DNA of 64,000 nucleotides from the human T2T-CHM13v2.0 reference genome, Homo sapiens. The notes below the pieces were generated by a model. The model was given only the letters and a program-made list of their open reading frames with translations. It had not been told where the DNA came from and did not search any database. How positions within the stretch are numbered: position 1 is the first letter of the stretch; each line of letters starts with the position of its first letter. Location of the stretch: NCBI RefSeq assembly GCF_009914755.1, contig NC_060925.1. The stretch is one strand, 5' to 3'. The position numbers were made by a program, and so were the translations under genes. This document shows, in pieces, positions 1 through 10,900 of this stretch.

Positions 1-1590
1 GCTAGGGAAGGCGGTGTGGGTGTGAGAAGTGGTCCCCAACATGATATAATTTTGAGTAGAAGCTGGGCGTGGTAGTTCACTTCTATTGTCTCACCTACGC
101 AGGAGGCTGAGGCGGGAGGATCTCTTGAGCCCAGGAATTCAAGCTTGCAGTGAGCTGTGATTGCACCACTGCACTCCAGTCTGGGCAACAGAGCGAGACC
201 CTGTCTCCAAATAATAATAGTAATAATAATGATAGTAATAATAATTATTATTATTCTGAGTAGAGTCAACAGGATTTGCTGACAGATCAGATGGGGACGG
301 ATGCCCAAAGGTTTTGGCCTGAGCTGTGGGAAGAATGAAGTTACAGTGGTCTGAGATGGGAAGGGCTATGGGAGGAGCAGAGGGTGCGGGGGGTGTTGGT
401 AGGAGTTTGGTTTTGGACTCCAAATCCATGTGCTGTAGAGGCAGTGGAGCCCCAGTCTGGAGCCCAGGGGTCTGGGCTGGAGGTGAGATCCCCAGGGGAG
501 CGGGGTGGGCAGAGAAGAGGTGTGGGAGGAGGAGGAGCAGGAGCAGAGGAGCAGAGGCCGGAGAGCACAGTGTAGGAGGCAGCGAGCAGGTGTGTTGGGA
601 GGCTTGGGAGGCCAGGGAGAGGGGAGCTGACCGCTGGGCTGCAGCACAGCTCTGGTTGGGTAGGGCACTGCCTTGAAGGGTGCAGGAAGTGGGCAGTATA
701 GAAGGGAGGCAGGCAGGGATCATAGAATGCCTGTACATGGATGGAAGGAGCCAGCAGAGGTGAAGCTAATGACACAGAAGGCAAAGGGGATGGTTGCTGG
801 GAGTCTCATTACGTGAGAAGGAATGAGCTGTGTCTGGTGGAGGTGCATGGTTCACCTGTGGGTGGCAGGCAGGGGCTGGGGCCCCGGGTGTGCGAGTGGA
901 AGGCACAGTGGGAGGTGGGGAGGGTCCAAGCCGGGCTTCCCTCTTCCATGGGAAATGGGAGGGCGCCAGCAGCTGAGCCTGGGGCTCAGTGGGGGAGCGG
1001 GTGGGAGGTGCATTCTGACCCCCGGCCCCCGAGGCACCATCAGTCCGGTGGGCAGGGGCTGCTTTCCTGGCTCTGTGGATGCCCGTGCTGGGGTGGGGCA
1101 GGCGCAGGGCGGAGAGAGGGCAGGGTCCAGGGTGTGTGGGGAGGGACAGGTGGGATCGCCCTGGGGTCTGCTGGGTAAGGAAGGAGGGAAGCGAGGGACA
1201 GTGACAAGCCCAAGGGGAAGGGCAGTCCCTGGGTTGTGTGAGTCAGTGCCCTGGGGAGCTGGAAGAACAGCGGGGTCCAATGGTGGGAGGGTTGGAAGTG
1301 ACCCCTGGAGCTGTGGCAGTTGCTGGTAACAACAAGGTCTGGGGGAGTGAGCGGTGGGAGGGAGGGTAGAGGCCACAGCCTTCAGGAGGTCAAAGAATTG
1401 AGAGGGAGGGCCTGGAAGGATGGTCTATGTGGGGACTGCAGTCACCAAGGGTGTGGTGGGAGTGAGGGTGAGCCTGAGTTAAGTCACCCAGGCGGGAAGC
1501 AAGTGGAGCAGGGTGGCAGTGCAGCCACGGGGTGAGTGCCGGGGCATTGGGCTGAGGGCTGGAGGTGAGGGTCGGATGAGATCACATGTG
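1..1590 (-). mobile_element. Highly diverged LINE-2 (L2) fragment, interrupted by an Alu arm
   Basis: Purine-rich + strand with L2 reverse-complement hallmarks (AAGGTTTTGGCCTGAGC...GAGATGGGAAG...GGAGGAGCAG...GGAGTTTGGTTTTGGAC, ~308-418). The right boundary is uncertain. Confidence 0.6.
62..254 (+). mobile_element. Alu right arm (FRAM/AluJ-like) with (TAA)n tail
   Basis: GCTGGGCGTGGT...GGAGGCTGAGGCGGGAGGAT...CACTGCACTCCAGTCTGGGCAACAGAGCGAGACC followed by a (TAA)n tail. Confidence 0.85.
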
Positions 1591-2513
1591 CAGGGCCCAC
1601 TCTGCACAGGACACAGGTTGGTGCTAGGAGAATGGCAGCTGCCTTTATTACCAGCGTCTCAGTGACCCACTTGTGGTACATCATGCGGGTCTGCTCAGAG
1701 GTCGGAACTTACCATCAGGAATGTGCCAGACAGCCAGGGTGTAGGATTTATGCACCCCTGGTTCTAGAAGGCTCGGTCCCTGCAGGGCCTGCCTGCTGCC
1801 CCCTTTCTACAGGGTCCAGACCCTCAAGCCTGTCCTGCACTGGTGAGCAGCCCAGCCAGGTGGTCGGGAGCAGCAGGGGTGGACAAATCAACAGCAGCAG
1901 GAGCTCAGGCGGAGCTCAGGTGCAGAGGCTGGGACCCAGCACACAAGACCTAGTCCTCTCCTGGGGTCCAGAGTGGCCCATGAGAGTCAGCCGAGAAGTC
2001 TCAGCTCTTCTCTGCCCACACCTGGGCCAGCCGGAGGATGTGGAAGGTGGACAGCGGGCCAATTACATGTGTTGGGGTTAACACACTGGGGGGTGAGGGC
2101 TTCCCTGGCCACCCCAGCACTGCAGGGCTGGGAGCCTCATGCAGGGGGCTCAGAGCCACATGAGGGGGACAGGCCCTCTCCTCGAGCTCCAGCCTAGGTC
2201 AGGGCACCAAGGCCGGGTTTGCTGCCCTTGAAGCCCGCCGCATGTCCGCTGTGTTGTGTCAGAAGCACCGACTGCAAACCCCGGTTCTCTCGCTCGTTGC
2301 CCTTGGGAGCTAGGGGTCGGCATCTCACCTCTCTGAGCCCCAGTTCTTATCTGTTAAAAGGTGTCACAGTACCCACCTTTCAGGCTAGGAGCTCAGGAGA
2401 CAGTCTGGAGGCAGTGTGATGGCGACAGCAAGTGGGATGTAAAGTCTTGTGGTTTAGTAAACCATGGGCCTCATTTCAACCCGGGACTTAATGCCCTTCT
2501 TAGAAAAGCTTTT

Positions 2514-3050
2514 GGCTGGGCACAGTGGCTCACACCTGTAATTCCAGTGCTTTGGGGGCCAAGATGGGAGGAGGCGGCGAGCAGGTGTGTCGGGAGGCTC
2601 GGGAGGCCGGGGAGAGGGGAGCTGACCGCTGGGCTGCAGCACAGCTCTGGATGAGTGGGGCGCTGCCCTGAAGGGTGCGGGGAGTGGGCGGTAGAGAAGG
2701 GAGGCAGGCAGGGATCATAGCATGCCTGTACATGGATGGAAGGAGCCAGCAGAGGGGAAGCTAATGACAGCAGAGGCAAAGGGGATGGCTCACACCTGTA
2801 ATTCCAGTGCTTTGGGGGCCAAGGTGGGAGGATCACTTGAGACCAGGAATTCAAGGCCAGCCTCGGCAACATAGTAGGACCCAATCACTACAAAACATGT
2901 CTTAAAAAATGAGCTGGGCATGGTGGCATGTGCCTGTGATCCTAGCTGCTCAGGAGGCCGAGGTGGGAAGACTGAGAGTTCGAGTGCAGTGAGCTATGAT
3001 TGTGGCACTGCACTCCAGCCTGGGCAACCGAGTGAGATCCCCTCACCCCT
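2514..3050 (+). mobile_element. Alu (AluJ-like) with duplicated head and an internal templated insertion
   Basis: Alu head at 2514-2572, non-Alu insert at 2569-2788, Alu restarts at 2786 and runs to ~3050. Confidence 0.85.
2569..2788 (+). repeat. ~220-bp direct copy of 574-793
   Basis: Manual alignment gives ~15 substitutions and 2 small indels relative to 574-793. Confidence 0.95.
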
Positions 3051-3063
3051 AAAGAAAAGAGCT

Positions 3064-4101
3064 TAAAACTGCTTCTCTGCTCTGAGAAGCACAACTAACT
3101 GCCTTCACTGAAATATACCTCAGGCAGAGATTTGGGGTGAGATAGTAGGTCAGTTGATGTTCTGCAGGAAGGGGCAGCTTGTCCATATCAGCTCGCTCAC
3201 GCCGCCAGTCCATTCTTAAGGAACTGCCAACCAGGACTGATGATGCATTTTAGCTTTGAGCTTTTGGGGGTTATCCTACCAACAAACAGTCCTTCGGGAA
3301 GAAAACAATCCCAGGAATTAACAGATCAGAATGTTCACACTGGTTAATCTTTTTCTAGCAATGAACATGAAGCTAGCAGAAGCTGGTGTGTTTCCAGATG
3401 GTTCCTCTAACCAAACTAATTTTTCACTGTTGACAAGTGAGGCAAGGGTTGCACTGGACCAAAGGCTGAGGCTTGGCCATCTAGCATTCCATGCAAAATG
3501 GTTTCCTATAAGCATTCCTTTTATTCTCTATTCTATCCTGGGTCTGCCTCAACCATGAGATAGGAGAGTCTCCGGTACTAGCTGCTGTAGCACTGCCCTT
3601 CATCCAGGACAGTTAAAGGAGTCTTGGACCTTTCTTTCTCTGGGATCGCTGCCCAGCACCTTCCTACAGAGATGACTTTAAAAGGAAAAAAAAAAAAAAA
3701 AAAGGAAAAACAGCACACCATTCCAAGGAGCCTGGCATTCCTGAATCCTCCTTCCCTACAAGGTGCCTGTCACCTGTCTTTACTGCCTCCTTTTCCCTGT
3801 CATGCTCATCAGCTATGGCTTCTGTCCAAGTGCCTGAACAGAAGACTAGAACCTCCACTGCAGGCTGGTTTGAGGTCGTGATTTATGTCAGAATCTTGCA
3901 CAGCACTGCTAATGTAAATTTCAGCTTTTTCCCTCTAGGATAAACACTTACCAAAGTATGCAACTTTTTTTGGTGGGAAGAGGGATTGTCCTGTGATTTC
4001 TACCCATTTTCTGAGGCCTGTGGAAATAAATCTTTAGGTACTTAAAGTTAGACCAAAAATAGAACAAAGTTAATACCAAACTTGAAAAAAAAAAAAAAAG
4101 A
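3064..4101 (+). pseudogene. 5'-truncated processed retrocopy (3'-UTR-like, parent gene not identified)
   Basis: 13-bp TSD AAAGAAAAGAGCT at 3051-3063 and 4102-4114; poly(A) at 4085-4099; AATAAA at 4025-4030; no recognisable TE sequence inside. Confidence 0.8.
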
Positions 4102-4169
4102 AAAGAAAAGAGCTGCCATTATGGAGAGCCAAGCCTCCCCTGACTACTCAGGCAAATGTTTTAAGAAGC

Positions 4170-4270
4170 AGTTCGTTCGTTCACTCATTCGTTTGCTCAT
4201 TCGTTCATTCATTCATTCATTCATTGGGTCTTTGTGGCTTGCCTACTATGTGCTGGGCAGGGATAAGACA
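4170..4270 (-). repeat. (TTCA/TTCG)n microsatellite at an L2 3' end
   Basis: TTCGTTCGTTCACTCATTCG...TTCATTCATTCATTCATT followed by TGCCTACTATGTGCTGGGCA, typical of an L2 tail. Confidence 0.6.
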
Positions 4271-5364
4271 ATTTCCAGTGGTGTTGGTTAGAGGATGAAA
4301 ATAATATGAGCCATTAGCAAGTCTTCCTTGCATTTTCTCTGTGGTTTGGGATCAGCTCCAGCTGCTCTCCTGGGGGGACTGGTTGTCCCCAGAGGCCTGG
4401 CTAGCAGGACTGGGCAGCAGGCTTATCTTTCTGAAGGGTGAGGCCAGTGCCCTTGGTGCCCCTGCATGGGTGCCCGGTGATCGGTGTTAAGGGGTGCTGC
4501 TTGGAAAAGCCCTTGGGAGCCCTCTTCCTTGGCTGGAGTCCAGCCTTTCCCTCTTTACCCCAGCGTCCTTCATATTTGGTCCAGTTGGTTAGACTTCTGG
4601 TTCTCTGTGTAGCAGCCGGGTTCACAGTTTTACCTCGTGTGGGGCCAGGGAATTCTAGGCATGACCGTGTGTCTCATTATTGCCTGTCGCAGGGCAAGTC
4701 ATGTGACCTGCCAGGCTTTGGCCTTCTCACCTGTGACTCTGGCTATTCTAAGATCTGGGAATGGGGACAGTGTCTCCATCACAGACACACCCCTGTAGGA
4801 TGCCCTGTATTCTAGATACACTGGCTCTGACTGGAGATGGGGTGGAGGGTGATCTGCAGGGCTGGGCTGGGCCGGGGGAGCCTTGTGGGCCAAGGAGGTG
4901 CATGCGGCTCCCTCGGCAAGGGTCCCGCTGGCTGTGCTCCAGGGGAAAAGGTAATGAGGAGCCACTTCCACTTCCCTTCAGTATAAATCCCACAATCAGG
5001 AAAATTGCTTCAATGGCTAAAAAACGCTGGTGGGGAAGTCCACTTATTTTTCATTTTTCTTGTGCACTTGCCACCCTCATGCATGAATCACTGTCGGTAT
5101 GTAGATTAAATTTATACCCCCGTTATCTTTCATGTCTCTGGTGTGCTGGTGTCAGCTGGGCCTCCGGTGACTGAAAGCCCCCTGCCTGCTTTTTAGTGGG
5201 AGAGAGTGTGGCCCCTGTGGAGGAGGCTGCTGAAGGGTCTTCCCTCTGTTCCGGGGTCTCCTCTCAGCCCTCCTCTCCTTGGATCTCTGGTTAGGACACA
5301 TTCTCCAGATTTGCGTGGTTTGTTGGGAGGGTTCGCAACAAGCATGATGAAAGCCTTGTTTCAT

Positions 5365-5650
5365 TTTAATTAATTAATTTAGAGACAGGGTCTCGCTCTG
5401 TTGCCCAGGCTGGAGTGCAGTGGCGTGATCTTGGCTCACTGTAGCCTCAACCTCCCTGGGCTCAGGTGATCCTCCCATCTCAGCCTCCCAGGTAGCTGGG
5501 ACTACAGGTGCACACCACTACACCCGGCTAATTTTTTGCATTTTTTGTAGAGGCAGGGATTCACCATATTGCCCAGGCTGGGCTCAAGTGATCCTCCTGC
5601 CTCAGCCTCCCAAAGTGCTGGGATTACAGGCGTGAGCCACCACACCTGGT
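5365..5650 (-). mobile_element. Alu (AluJ-like)
   Basis: GAGACAGGGTCTCGCTCTGTTGCCCAGGCTGGAGTGCAGTGG...CCCAAAGTGCTGGGATTACAGGCGTGAGCCACC. Confidence 0.9.
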
Positions 5651-5766
5651 GCCTTGTTTCATTTCAGTACCTGCTTTGCAAATTGGCTGGGATTGGATAT
5701 TAAATATACAGGCCTTTTGAAAACACTCTCTAGTAACACATGTGTAGGCTTCCTTTCTCTGTTATA

Positions 5767-5775
5767 CACACACAC

Positions 5776-5809
<34 letters not shown>
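5767..5809. repeat. (CA)n microsatellite
   Basis: Visible CA run with one interruption. Confidence 0.95.
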
Positions 5810-5812
<3 letters not shown>

Positions 5813-7787
5813 GAGGTGGGTGCCTGCCAGCCTTCCTCTTTGATCCAGGTGATGTGGTTACACAGCAGTTGTGGAGGACCTGGTTCTCACCTGTGTTCTG
5901 GGAGGTCTAGAACCATCCAGAGCCGACTGTGTGCTTTGTTCTACATCCTCAGGTTCGGCCATCTCCGTGCACATCCTCTACAAGTATGGTGCTTTATCTG
6001 CTGATTTATTTATTCAACAAATATTAACTCTACTTTCCTGGGTCCTGAATCCCTTTAAGAATCTGATGAAAACCCAGGTCCCCTCCTGAGGCACAATTTT
6101 GAACAACTTAGCAGGTGGTTTACAGGCCTATGCTGACCCTCACGCAGAGAACTCCTGCTCTAAATGGGCCCCATCTCTCTGAAAACCAAGAGGCATTCCA
6201 GGAATTCAGAAGCCTGGGGTCCTCCCAAGCCACCACCTCTCAGCCCCTCACACCCCAACACCCTTCTTATACCCATCTCAGAAGAGTGTTCCCTGAAGTA
6301 CACTCTGGGTCTTTCAGGATTACCCATGCAGACTTAGAGAACCCCCACTTTTCTCTGGGATGCTGTGTCCCTGGTGGGGGGCGTCTGAGGCTGCTGCTGG
6401 CCATGCCTATTCCGGGCCCCCATAACCCCCTCAGCAGGTATCATTACTGCATAACAGACCTATCATTCTGCATTAATCTGGTATTCATCATGATAGCCAT
6501 GACCATAATTAATTTATTTGGTATTAATGTGGATGAAATATGTACTGTCCTTTCAGGGGAAATCAGGCTGCCTATAAGCATTAGTTAAAAGGACCATTAA
6601 AATCAAACCTTCCCCAGATCCATTAGGCGAAGTCTTTCATCCTGAAGAAGATAAAGTTCTGCTGTGTGAAATGTCATGAATAATTAGGTTGATTGCTGTT
6701 TTAAACTCTGCCCTTGCTCTCCCAATGCCTCCCGCCTCCCTCCTGAAGCGGGGAAGGCTCACCTGCAGCCACGCACCCTCCTTCACTGTCCCTGTCGGCC
6801 CCCAAATTTCCCTCGTCTCCTATGACCATCGGTGTGCCTCTGTTGATCTCTATGACCAGAATGGGGAAAGGGAGTGGAAACAACCCCACTGGACGATACT
6901 TTTAAGTGTCAATTTCTCCTTCCTTCCCGGCCTTGGCAGGGGGTGGCTTGCTTGGTAGAAGCTGCCTTGGTGGCAGCAGGTAGCTTCCTTTTGCCTCGGT
7001 GTTGTTCTGGAAAGGTGCTGACCAAGGAGAGGTCTGAAGCAGCATTTTCCAAACTGTAATCTGCAGACTCCTTGTCCCGAATGCTGTAGGGGCTGAAAAG
7101 TGCAGCTTCCTGGGCCCTTCCCAAACCACCATGCCCCAGGCTGTGTGCGTGCATAGGAAGGGGATGGAGGCAGGCTTGGAGGGCTTTGTGTGTGCAGAAT
7201 GGAGGTGAGGGGAGAAATGGAGGCAAAGGAGAGAGAACAGCTGTTAGGACAGCCTTGCTCTGCTGACAAAGTGCATTTTCTCTGCAGCGTGCTGTCCCCT
7301 GGCCAGGCAGGGCCTCCTCCCTGGGAGTGTGTGAAAAGGTGTTGCTGGGTGCTTTCTACACACAGCCTGTGGCACACACAGTTCCCTGTGAGGATGTCCT
7401 CTGGGATCAACCATAAGGGTGAGGAAGCTGGGAGGTGGAGGGGGAGACAGCCTGCTTTGAGGGACTTAGAAAGTCCACCTGCTCCCCCTGTGAATTGATG
7501 GGTGTTAATCGGGCAGCTGGAATCCGGGGGCATCAGCTTTGGAAAAGGTACCTGAGGGAGACTCTAGTTCTCATCAGTCCCTTCTTTGGTGGTTGAAGAG
7601 TCCCAGGCACAAAGCAATGAAGCTAGATGGAGGCAGAGAGGACCAGACGGTAAGCTCTGGGTGACTGGGGGGTGAGGCTCATGGAGTCCCGGAGTGGTGG
7701 GGTAGGAGGGAGGCTGCTCCAGGAAGTTGGGGGAAGCCAGATCCCTTGCTCCCTGTGTGCCCTAATCCTTTCCTGCTGCCCTGACAG

Positions 7788-7990
7788 GCGCTTCGGCACA
7801 AAATGCACGGCCTGCCAGCAGGGTATCCCCCCAACCCAGGTGGTCCGCAAGGCCCAGGACTTTGTCTACCACCTGCACTGCTTTGCTTGCATCATCTGCA
7901 ACCGGCAGCTGGCCACGGGGGACGAATTCTACCTCATGGAGGACGGGCGGCTGGTGTGCAAGGAAGACTACGAGACAGCCAAGCAGAACG
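7788..7990 (+). CDS. LHX4: LHX4 exon 3 (second LIM zinc-finger domain)
   Basis: CTGACAG acceptor and GTAAGC donor; 203 nt; encodes [67 protein letters not shown] (LIM C2HC4D-type spacing). Exon numbering is from recalled gene structure. Confidence 0.97.
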
Positions 7991-10900
7991 GTAAGCAGCA
8001 TGGCCCCGCATGGTCCCCTCTCCAGGCCTTTGTTTGGGCCACGCCCTCTGCCTGAGGTGCCCTTCTCATGGCGTCCCACCTGCCCATCCCTCAGAGCCCT
8101 ACTCATGCACCGCCACCTCTGAGAAGCGTCCCAGATCTCCACACTGAGAGTAAATGCTGAACACCTCCCCGGCCGTTAGCACTCGCCGGCTTCATGGAAG
8201 TGTTCATCCAGCCATGGTTCCTGAGAGCCTGCCTGTCTCCATGGTAGGCTCAGAAGCAGCCAAGAACCTGGTTGTTACCATGGTGGTGGCCTCCTTCCCT
8301 GGGTGGAGGCTGGGGTGCTGAGGGGTGGCTGGGAGCTTGGTCTGTATTGGACACGTGGGGCTGCCGCTTAGTTTTGCACATCAGGGTGCACATGGACCTC
8401 TCAGCAGCCCCTGCCTCAAAGGCCGTCGGTGAGAGCCCAGCACTGGCCTCTGCACACTTCATACATCTGTCTGTTAATTGTGTTCTGTTCGCCTCTCAGA
8501 CTGTGGGCTCCTCTAGGGCAGGGCCTCCTGGAGTTTCTGCAAGTGCCCAGTGAGTGCTAAAAGAAGAGGCAGGACACATGCCAGATTCAGGGAGGCTCCG
8601 TCTCAGCAATATAGCTCCCTCCACCCACTTCAATATAGCTGCCCCCACCCCCTTCACCACAACCACTGCAGGGCCACTGCCCACGGTGGCAGCAGGAGCT
8701 CTGCATGGTGGAGGCCGAAGTCAGGTCCCGCATTTAGCAGCCACGCCTGGAAAGGCCTAGCTTGGCCTGGCGGCAGCGGCTCTCACCCTACATGCCATGC
8801 GCTTGGGCAGCCCGGGGACTTTCCAGCGTAGAGCCCAGAACAACACATTCCCCATGCTCCCCTCGCAAAGCCAAGGTGGACACTTTTATTCCTGCAGCCC
8901 TACCTCTGGCTTCTCACTCCCAGATGCACCCACATGGTCGTGGGGTCAGGCCCTGGCTCTGAATTTGGGATTTGGCCAAACCCAACATGATAATCTCAGA
9001 GGTGTGAACGCACAAAACATCAAGTTCCTTGGCCTTTGACTAGAATTTTGATCAACTCAGGGTGTTACTGTGCAAAAACGGCTCTTGTTGACAGCTCTGG
9101 GCTTGATGAGAAAAAAAATTAACAACAATTTTATGTATCTCCTTCTAGATCTTTTCTGGGCCCACACACATATTATACAGATCTCATCAATAATGGAGAA
9201 ACTGGTTTTTTGTTCATTGAACACAGTATAAAATAAGGGGATTGTGGTGGTGAGGAAGCAGAGGGGATTCATAAGGGCCCTTTAGGTGAGCCAGCTGGAG
9301 CTGGGTTTGGCTTTGGTCCATGGCAGGAGTGGGCAGGGCTTCCTGTCTCTTTGAGGACCTTCCCTCCCACCACCCCCACAGCTCTGGCCTTTCAGGGTGG
9401 ACAGAGGCCTTTGACCTCCTTCCTCCAGAGACCTGGGGCCTCTGCAAACCCATCCCAAGGCTCTTTGCCTGCAATGTACTAATCTGCTCTGGTTTCTTAA
9501 AACTCACTCCATGCTATTGCCTTGAAGTCAATTGTGATGTCATGGGAGATTAGGGCAACTTGTCAGGGATGAACCATCACAGCAGATGGACTCAGAGATA
9601 CCAAGACACCTTTGGAAGTCTAGTGCCGTTCATCAGAGATACTAAGATGGCACGACCTCCCCGGCCTGCAGCTGGTTCTCATCAGAGGCCTCATTTGGAC
9701 TCTGAGCACTCTCAGCTCAGCATCTCCTGATGTTGTGGGTGGTTCAAGAGACAAGAGAAACAGATGTAGATTGGTCAGAATCTGGCTGGGGAGGTGGGAA
9801 TGACATTGTGGTGCTCACAGTTTTATCGAGGAATATTTGCACCACAGCAGACCTCTGCAGGATGATGGAAGATGCCGGACTTGCTGTCAGAAGCTGGCTG
9901 GGCATCCCCCCACACAGGGAGATCTCCTGGCAAGTTGTAGAACTGGCTGACCCTCGGCTTCTCAGCTGTCTATGGAGGATCATAGCATCTGCCACGTAGG
10001 GCTGTTTTCCTGAGGTTTAAATAGGATGAGGCTTGTGAAATGGGATGTGAAATAAGAGACTGACGTGGAGGAGAAGTGCAAACAGGGAGGTGAGGTGTGC
10101 TTGAGGTTTTAAAGCAGCGGAATGTTACACAGTATTTCTGGCCTGTTCCCCGGGTCCTTTCCTGACCCCACCCTGGCTGTGAGCAAGGCAGGGCTCCTCT
10201 GTCCTGGGCAATCGGTGATCCTTGGAGCAGCGGGGAGTTCTGTCCACTGCAGAATGCCTGGCTGTCTTTTCAGGTTGTTTTAATTCCTCCTTGCTACTCT
10301 CAGCCCTCCTGCAGGCTTACAGTTCCCTCCCATTAGCTAAACAAAGGATCTCAGAGCAGTTACTTGCACCTTAGTGTGAATGATTTTGTTCACTTGTTCC
10401 GTCTCCCTGGATATTTGCATTTTCAATATAATGAGGTTGCGTTTTATGCCAGGGACAAGTTCTAGGAGACCCTGCATCATTCAAAACTAACATATTTTAA
10501 GACTAATTTTCCTGTAGGAATTAATGTAGAGTGTGTGTGGGGGGTGGTATATTCTGAGAGCACATAAATCCATAACCAGTGAAGTGTATCTTTGCCTTAA
10601 TGCTACTTTTTATTTTCTCAGCATTATCTTGAATACCTTGCAGAACGCTCTCTCCTAAATTAACAGCCCAGGGTATCATGGGCTCCCTTGGCCTTCCTCC
10701 TAGCGTTTTGTCACATTTAACTTCCGTACCAAAGTTATTGATTTTTGGGTACATTTTTCAGCACGAGCACTGCCACTGCTACTTAATGAATACTTGGATG
10801 ACATTGTTATGGGATATAAAAAAGATTTTAAATTATAATAACAGTGAATGTTAAAATAACAGCATATTAGTCCCCATCATTGCAAGAAGAAAATCCTGTG

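Noticed and set aside
139-1376. Several overlapping 100-200 aa ORFs on both strands
   Set aside because: Low-complexity translations of a GC-rich L2/Alu relic, with no domain or splice structure.
3236-3320. TGATGA box-C-like motif suggesting a snoRNA
   Set aside because: No matching box D or terminal stem at a suitable distance; it lies inside the retrocopy.
7672-7787. In-frame upstream extensions of LHX4 exon ORFs (also at 13204 and 15568)
   Set aside because: Intronic read-through across canonical acceptors; no sign of alternative starts.
8607-8654. 24-bp two-copy tandem repeat (also a 20-bp pair at 27397-27436)
   Set aside because: Ordinary slippage duplications with no spacers; not CRISPR-like.
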